From the NCBI GenBank assembly GCA_051531975.1, contig JAOPTT010000010.1, positions 64,001 through 128,000 on the forward strand: a DNA stretch of 64,000 nucleotides, in the 5' to 3' direction. Positions 62,351-64,000 of the stretch are shown piece after piece. The DNA is from Spirochaetaceae bacterium (GTDB taxonomy: Bacteria > Spirochaetota > Spirochaetia > DSM-2461). Positions within the stretch are counted from its first letter, which is position 1. Each line of letters opens with the position of its first letter. The notes under the pieces are model-generated. The model had not been told where the DNA came from and searched no databases. It was given only the letters and a program-made list of their open reading frames with translations. The translations under genes were made by a program, and so were the position numbers.

Positions 62351-64000
62351 CTAACTATTCATTTTTTTTAGAAGTTCTAATGCTTCAGATGCGGGTACAG
62401 GTTTTGAATAATAGAACCCCTGTATAATATCACAACCCATAGAACTAATATGTTGCATTTGTTCTTTTGTCTCTACACCTTCTGCAACAACCTTAAAACC
62501 CATTGCATGAGCCATATTCACGATTGAGGATAAAAAGACATCGGGCTCCCCAAGTTTTATAGAATTAATAAATGACTTATCTACTTTTAATGTCTGTATT
62601 GGTAATCGTCTAAGATAACTTAGAGATGAATAACCTGTACCAAAATCATCTAAAGCTATAGATACATTATGGTCAGAGATTTCATGTAAAATCCGAGTTA
62701 CTTCATCAAAATCATCGATCATTAAACTTTCAGTTATTTCAACTTCAAGATAATGGGGTAAAATACCATTTATTTTGAGAGTTTGTTTTATTTTTTCAAC
62801 AATATTGTCTTTTGCAAACTGTACTGGAGATATATTTACAGCCATTGTAATATCGTCAAATCCTGCCTGATTAAACTTACTTAGTTCCATTAGTGTTCGA
62901 TTTAACATAATTTCGCCATAATGCACTATTAAACCAGTATCTTCCATTAGTGGTATAAATTTGTTTGGAGATACAACTCCCCATTTAGGGGATATCCACC
63001 TGGCTAAGCCTTCAAAACCTATAATTCTCTCTGTTTTTACATCAATTTTAGCTTGAAAGTATGGTTGAATCTCACCAAGGTGCATTGAATCCCTTAGATC
63101 CCGTTCCATCTCAGCTCTCTCCAATACAACCTTCTTCATATCTCCATGGAATATGATAAACTGTTTTTTCCCACGCCATTTTGCTTCAGTCATAGCCGTA
63201 TCAGCATTTTTTAGTAACTCTTTATAGGTTGTACCATCTTCCGGGTATACTGTTGCTCCAATACTACAAGAGACATAGTGGGGAATTGTATCTACAACAA
63301 TATCTTTTAGAACTATGTTTTGGATTTTATTTCCTCTTTCAAGAATCTCTTTATTACTAAAATTACCCTTATACACTATTGCAAACTCATCCCCAGCCAT
63401 TCTTGCAACAAGATCTGCTCTGATTAACCTCTCATTAAGTCTTCGCCCTAATTCATAGATAATTTCATCCCCAAGAGAGTGACCTAACAGATCATTTATT
63501 TTTTTAAAATCATCTAGGTCTAAATAATAGATAACAAAACCAGACTCTTCTTCTGGAGTATCTAGGATTAAAGATGTTATATGTTTCTTAAAATTCTCTC
63601 TGTTAGGAAGGTCAGTTAGATTATCAAAATATATTAGATGTCTTATAGTTTTTTCTCTATCTATTAATAGCCTATTCTGCTCACTCAAATCGTTTTTTGC
63701 ATTAGTTAATTTAATATTTGATCTATTTATTTCAATATTTTTCTGAGATAGAGTTAACATAGAACACGCCATAAAATTTGTAATTCGCCTAATACTTACT
63801 GTAACAACTCCACCTAATAGTGCAAAGCCTGCAACTGTGGTAGCCCATGCACTTGGGTCGTAGAACAGTGTTACTATATCAAAGTCAAATTTAATGATTC
63901 CAAATACAACTAAAATAGCAATTATTAAAACATAAAAAACACTGGAGAAAAAGAATATATTAGTTATTTTTTTATTAAAAAAGAGAGGAACTAATGCACA
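62351..64000 (-). CDS. Membrane GGDEF-EAL protein; 5' end lies outside the window
   Basis: Frame open from base 64000 through TM helices into the track ORF; AGDEF, EGLARW and DDFGTGYSS motifs. Confidence 0.88.
   Translation of the reverse strand, partial: CALVPLFFNKKITNIFFFSSVFYVLIIAILVVFGIIKFDFDIVTLFYDPSAWATTVAGFALLGGVVTVSIRRITNFMACSMLTLSQKNIEINRSNIKLTNAKNDLSEQNRLLIDREKTIRHLIYFDNLTDLPNRENFKKHITSLILDTPEEESGFVIYYLDLDDFKKINDLLGHSLGDEIIYELGRRLNERLIRADLVARMAGDEFAIVYKGNFSNKEILERGNKIQNIVLKDIVVDTIPHYVSCSIGATVYPEDGTTYKELLKNADTAMTEAKWRGKKQFIIFHGDMKKVVLERAEMERDLRDSMHLGEIQPYFQAKIDVKTERIIGFEGLARWISPKWGVVSPNKFIPLMEDTGLIVHYGEIMLNRTLMELSKFNQAGFDDITMAVNISPVQFAKDNIVEKIKQTLKINGILPHYLEVEITESLMIDDFDEVTRILHEISDHNVSIALDDFGTGYSSLSYLRRLPIQTLKVDKSFINSIKLGEPDVFLSSIVNMAHAMGFKVVAEGVETKEQMQHISSMGCDIIQGFYYSKPVPASEALELLKKMNS

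Overview
AT-rich bacterial DNA, probably from a free-living anaerobic spirochaete. This is an inference from the xxSC-type lipoboxes, the V/A-type ATPase operon and the general gene content. From left to right the window holds: (1) a 12-gene Mrp-antiporter/complex-I-like (Mbx-type) membrane oxidoreductase operon ending in a NuoI-GltD/NfnB-like fusion that runs off the left edge; (2) yitT and tyrS, with an unannotated Tyr-rich leader peptide and terminator/antiterminator upstream of tyrS (ribosome-mediated attenuation); (3) cheD, lipoprotein/outer-membrane genes, a double hybrid histidine kinase, a WD40-caspase lipoprotein and lipid genes; (4) two partner-switching c-di-GMP modules (slr1658/1659-like and SiaABCD-like) flanking a Gly-rich RTX-like lipoprotein; (5) a compact RiPP cluster with two 68-aa Nif11-like precursors ending in KIG(F/L)YY, a SPASM-type radical SAM, a B12-dependent radical SAM, a SAM methyltransferase, two cytoplasmic papain-like proteases, an FGE-like lipoprotein and an MFS transporter; (6) a V/A-type ATPase operon with USP and PTS-EIIA genes; (7) assorted enzymes and a GGDEF-EAL gene cut by the right edge. 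The best candidate for an undescribed system is the RiPP cluster: one precursor gene sits 16 bp upstream of the SiaA-like 7TM sensor phosphatase, suggesting a modified aromatic mini-peptide signal coupled to c-di-GMP. The second is the tyrS leader-peptide attenuator. Family assignments come from motif recognition only; no searches were run. No rRNA, tRNA, CRISPR array or transposase was recognised.
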